From: Zygnema circumcarinatum SAG 698-1b | Taxonomy: Eukaryota; Plantae; Zygnematophyceae | Length of the DNA: 64,000 nucleotides | Reading direction: 5' to 3' | NCBI GenBank assembly: GCA_037447605.1 | Contig: CM074805.1 | Coordinates: 1,955,361-2,019,360 of the forward strand | Shown: positions 59,677 to 64,000 of the stretch, one piece after another | Position numbering within the stretch: position 1 is the first letter of the stretch | Layout of the letters: each line of letters begins with the position of its first letter | Translations under genes and position numbers: made by a program | The notes under the pieces: model-generated | Database searches by the model: none | Told to the model about the DNA's origin: nothing | The model's input: only the letters and a program-made list of their open reading frames with translations

Positions 59677-62600
59677 TGTAACAACCTGCCCCCTAGCAGG
59701 CTGCTCTGAGAGTCTAAGTGCCAAAGAGAGGAAGAGAGAGAGAGAGAGAGGGTCGAGCGGAGCTCACTGCCGGGTATTGTGCTTCCGGATACCTTCATCC
59801 GCTGCCAGCCCCTTTAAGTTCTCCGCTGAACCCCCTCACAAAGATGGAGGACCGACCGCCTAAATAGCCCTCGCTGGCGGAGATCCTACGACCGACGGCT
59901 AAGCGACGGGCTTCCTCGCGGGTCTCGCCAAGATTCACGGGCGCGAGCGAAGCTGCGCCAGTCAGGCAGCCGGGTGACGCTGGAAACCGACGTAGTCGTA
60001 TTCGCCGCCCCATCCGCATGCGACGGGACGCAGACGAAATAAAAGATGCCACCGCATCTCGTGGGTCGCGCCGCCGTGCGGCGCGCCGACGTGCGGCGGC
60101 GCGCGGCCAGATCTCTGGCCGCGGGATCCGTATGTCGGTTCGTCCGTGCATCTGTACGGACGACCAGTACGGTCCAAAAGAGATCCCTTGCCCGCGGCAA
60201 GGATCGAGCCCAAGACCCCTTGCGGTCTTGGCAGCGTCCTATCCTATCCGCTAGGCGCTGCGATGAAGGGGTAGTCATAGTATCACTATGAGTACGCCTC
60301 CGGGGTCACGCTGTAGCGTTACGCTACATTACTCCCCCCTGTGAGTATGTGAACGCCCTCGTTCACTGGGGAATAGTAATCTTGGCAGCCCGCAGCTTAA
60401 GAGGTACGCGCCTCTGTCTGCGGGGTGTACGGGAGGGCTCAGCGTTAATCCCGGTCAAGTCCCTTTCCGAGTAGCGCGTGGACGGTTCGGGAACCCCCCT
60501 AGCCGCCCTCGCCCGCTCACCAGCGGTCTGCGCCTCCCAGTACAATCTCAGGAGCTCCGTGCAATTTGTCAGATTGCTCTCACGTTCCCACGTGCTATGT
60601 TCAACCCCATAGCCCAACCATTTCACGAGATATTCGGCGGAAGTTCGGGACTTACTCACAAATTCCGCGGGTTTGGATGGCCTCTACTCACTGACTAATC
60701 GAGGGGAGGTGGTTGACTCTCCTATCGCCGCGTACTTAAGAAGACCCACATGAAAACCGGATGGTTTTCATAGAGCCGTAAAGCCAACCGTAAGCTTTAC
60801 TTCACCATTCGCCTACTTAATCGGGGTAAAGGCCCCATGAAGCGGCCACAAATCCTACTTCGTTCCGCCGTAAGTTCAGCGCCAGTTCGCCAGACTTTCA
60901 CATTCTCCTCGTCGCCTACAATGGCTGTTACGCGACATCTATCTACCATCGCGATAGGCTTTCTCACACACTGGTCGCTACGTGGTCCGCCTTTGCCAGA
61001 ATGCCTCGACATTTTCCGAGAGGAAGGCACCACCATGGGAGGTTGACTCCCGCCAGCTCCTCTCACGCCCCAAGGATCCGGGAGCCTGTGAACATCCATG
61101 TTCCACAGATCAGGCTGCTGATCTCTTGGCTGCAGGGATTTAGAGGATGCTGACCAAAGTTCAAAAAGAATGGAGTGGTACCGATTGATTCCTGGAATGC
61201 ATTATTAATGGCGTACTCAGCCACCGGGAGCAGTTCATCCCATCCATCCAGGATAGGTCCCACATAATGCCTCAAATAGTCTTCCAGACTGCTAACCCTC
61301 CGCCCTTCATCTCGTCTGAGGGTGGAAGCGCCACTCATAGTTCCCGCTATCCCTCGGAGCACACGGAGGACTTTTTCCTTAAATGCCCCGTAATCGGTAT
61401 CTCTATCTCAGATGATCTCGCATTGAAGTCCATGTTGACTCCAGACCTTGTCAACATATAGCCGTGCTATCTCGTCGGCTCCCGCTGTCTTAGCAGTAGC
61501 TGCAAAATGCACCATCTTGCTCAGCCGGTCGACGAACACGAGGATGGAGTCAAACCCCGAGCTGTCACAGGTAAATCTGTGATTAAGTCCATCCCTACAC
61601 TCTCCCACTTCCTGTAAGGAGGGGTGAGCGGCTGAAGCAAGCCCGTCACTTTTCCTGTGCGGGGCTTATCCCGTTGACAAGTTGGGTATGCGAAAGTATT
61701 ATTACGTCACGCCCCACAATTTAGGCCACCGCACTTTCGAAAGTGTTGCCGCACGGTTTTGGCAACCCCTATATGGCCTTCCGTGACGGAGGATCGCATC
61801 TCTACTCGAGCCAGACAACCAAATTGGGTACTACTCAATCGCTATCGCGGTACCAAAACCGCCCAAGCACGAAGCTGTTCTTATAAACACGCTTGGCCGC
61901 CCAGAACAAAGGATCACCAGATACCCCTCTTTGGATCATCTCAGTTCAAATCGAGAGCAGGAGGGTTGATCATGGCAACAAACCCGCCAACCGCAAGGTT
62001 TGAATGACAAGACCTCCCGCGGTAACAACCCGCCCCGCAGGTTCTAAATACGACCTCCCATAACCCACTGTTTTTACCATAAGCGGCAACCGATGTAAAA
62101 CTCCAGGGGCCATACAACCCATGTATAGCGTTTCGCTACATTCCTCCCCACCTAAACCGGGCTCGTCCTCGAGCTCACTCAAGGGTTTTCACGTGCAGCG
62201 TTCAAGCTCCTTAAACACATGGACTACGGCCTTAGCCCCTTTGGCCACTAAGGAACGGGTTCCGTACCATGCTAAGAGATCACGGTTTTTTTAGGGTGGA
62301 TTGCAAATACCGCCCTGGCCTACATCGTATNNNNNNNNNNNNNNNNNNNNNNNNNNNNNNNNNNNNNNNNNNNNNNNNNNNNNNNNNNNNNNNNNNNNNN
62401 NNNNNNNNNNNNNNNNNNNNNNNNNNNNNNCGGAGACCGCTCAACCCAACTGTGTCCCCGAAGTCCCCGCCCCGCGAACGGCGCTTCCGACCGTTGCGCC
62501 TGCTGCCGCTGCCTCTGCCGCGGCCACGTGGCAGCCTCTTGTCGTTGTCTTTGCGTTTTCCTGTCGCGTGTCTTGCTGCATTGCTCTGTTTTTGTTGTTT

Positions 62601-64000
62601 GTGCTTCTTTTCGTTTTTTGTTTTTTGTTTTTGGTTGTTTTGCTGCTGTNNNNNNNNNNGCCCCTTGCAAACGATCCAGCAGATCATCTATCCGCGGTAA
62701 AGCAAACCTGTTCTTTACCGTGATCTTATTGAGTGCTCGATAATCGATGCACATCCTCAAAGACCCATCCTTCTTACCGACGAAGAGGATGGGAGCTCCA
62801 AAAGGGCTCTGGCTGGGTTCAATCCAGCCCTTATCTCGCAGATTAGCGAGTTGCTTTCGCATCTCCTCAGTCTCCTTCGGACTAAGCCTATAGATAGGCC
62901 TCCAAGGAGGTTTCTGTTCTGGCTCAAGGGGTATGGTATGCCCCACCCCTCGGGCTGGAGGCAAACCCCTTGGCAGATCGTCTGGGAACACATCCTCAAA
63001 CGCCGTCAACAAAGGTTGAAACAAAGCTGGGACAGTAGGCATTGTCTCACCCGCAGTGGGTTGCCACTCCTGATCCTCGTCATGAGCATCCTCGGTTGCC
63101 GTCATGACTTGCACCATAAACAAGATGCTATTCGTTTTCAGGGCCCTGCCAATTTGCATGGCAGAGCACAGAAACGACAAAGATGACTGCAAAGAGGCCG
63201 GTCCAGAAGGACTGCCTGGTTGCAGCGTTATGCGTCTACCTTCACTGCGAAGGACGCAATTAGGGACAACAAAATCTAACTGAGCCCCCATAAGAGTCAG
63301 CCATTTGCTCCCCAAGATAAAGTCTGTCCCTGGGGCCAAAAATGTCAGCAAGCAGTTGACTACCCCAGAGTATGACTGAATCTTCAATTTCACGCTGACG
63401 CTGCCAGAAATCTGACCCGTGCGTCCATCCCCGAAAGTTACACTATCGGAATGAGGCTGGACTGCAAACCCTGCAGTCCTGACAAAGGCTGCACTAACAA
63501 AGTTAGCATCCGCGCCAGTGTCCAGCAGTACCACTGCTGAGTGCCCATCGGCCGAGCCTTGGAAGGTCATAGCACGATGAGCCAAGTGAAAAATGGACCG
63601 TAGCACATTGGGTGCGTGGGGGCGAGCAGTCCCCCACACAAGGGAATGAGGGGACTTCACCAGCGCGCTGGTGGGAGATCCCTGCATCCACCTAAGAAGG
63701 GGGAAGCCCTTCTTCCATAGCTTTACCATTCTCCACTCAGTCTGTGGATAAGCCCTTACTGCCACATGTTGTGGAAGTAAGACTCCCAGACTGAGCACAT
63801 GGTCCTTCGACCGCAACAAGCGCAAGGCATCAAATGCACACTGCACTAAGGCAGCACTGCCCATGGCATTCAAGATAACCACATGCCATTCATTCAGCAA
63901 GATAGCATTCGGAAATGCTGTTGGAGTCACAGACATAGAAGGTAGCAATGAATAATCAGCAGGGAATGCATCGCACACAAACAACAGATTCCCGCTGAAA
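59677..64000 (-). mobile_element. Chromodomain Ty3/gypsy LTR retrotransposon (element 2); 5' part beyond the window
   Basis: Protease [13 protein letters not shown]; [12 protein letters not shown]...[28 protein letters not shown]...[11 protein letters not shown]; integrase DRLSKMVHF and WDELLPVAEYAINN...TPFFLNFG; chromodomain EYLVKWLGYGVEHSTWE. PPT AGGGGGAGTAA, 3' LTR 60328-59677 (TGTA...TACA). Confidence 0.95.
62432..62649 (+). mobile_element. 5' fragment of the CRE-like element, between two assembly gaps inside gypsy RT
   Basis: About 62470-62649 matches 38516-38700 essentially base for base. Flanked by N runs (62331-62430 and 62650-62659). Confidence 0.8.

Overview
Eukaryotic nuclear DNA with intron-rich, plant-like genes, most consistent with a streptophyte (charophyte) alga or another non-seed streptophyte; the species cannot be determined from sequence alone. 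The gene-dense left part (1-35 kb) holds TRM82/WDR4 (+, 5' end outside the window), a cyanobacterial-type amidohydrolase (+), BZW/5MP (+), methionine gamma-lyase (-), a 2157-aa CSI1 (-), an HVA22k-like gene (-), OS9 (-) and tRNA-Gly(UCC) (+). A nest of MITEs and CRE-like non-LTR retroelements occupies 35.3-43.1 kb. An intron-containing WbsX/GH99-like gene lies at about 44-48.4 kb. A block of degenerate chromodomain Ty3/gypsy elements runs from 50.4 kb to the end. The most notable observations are: (i) both Ty3 elements appear to carry a Dam-like N6-adenine methyltransferase-fold domain between Gag and protease; (ii) a P-like or hAT non-autonomous element built from arrays of 7-3-7 palindromes; (iii) two bacterial-type genes with spliceosomal introns; (iv) a poor-context AUG on BZW. 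Protein identities come from recalled family motifs and manual splicing; no database search was run.
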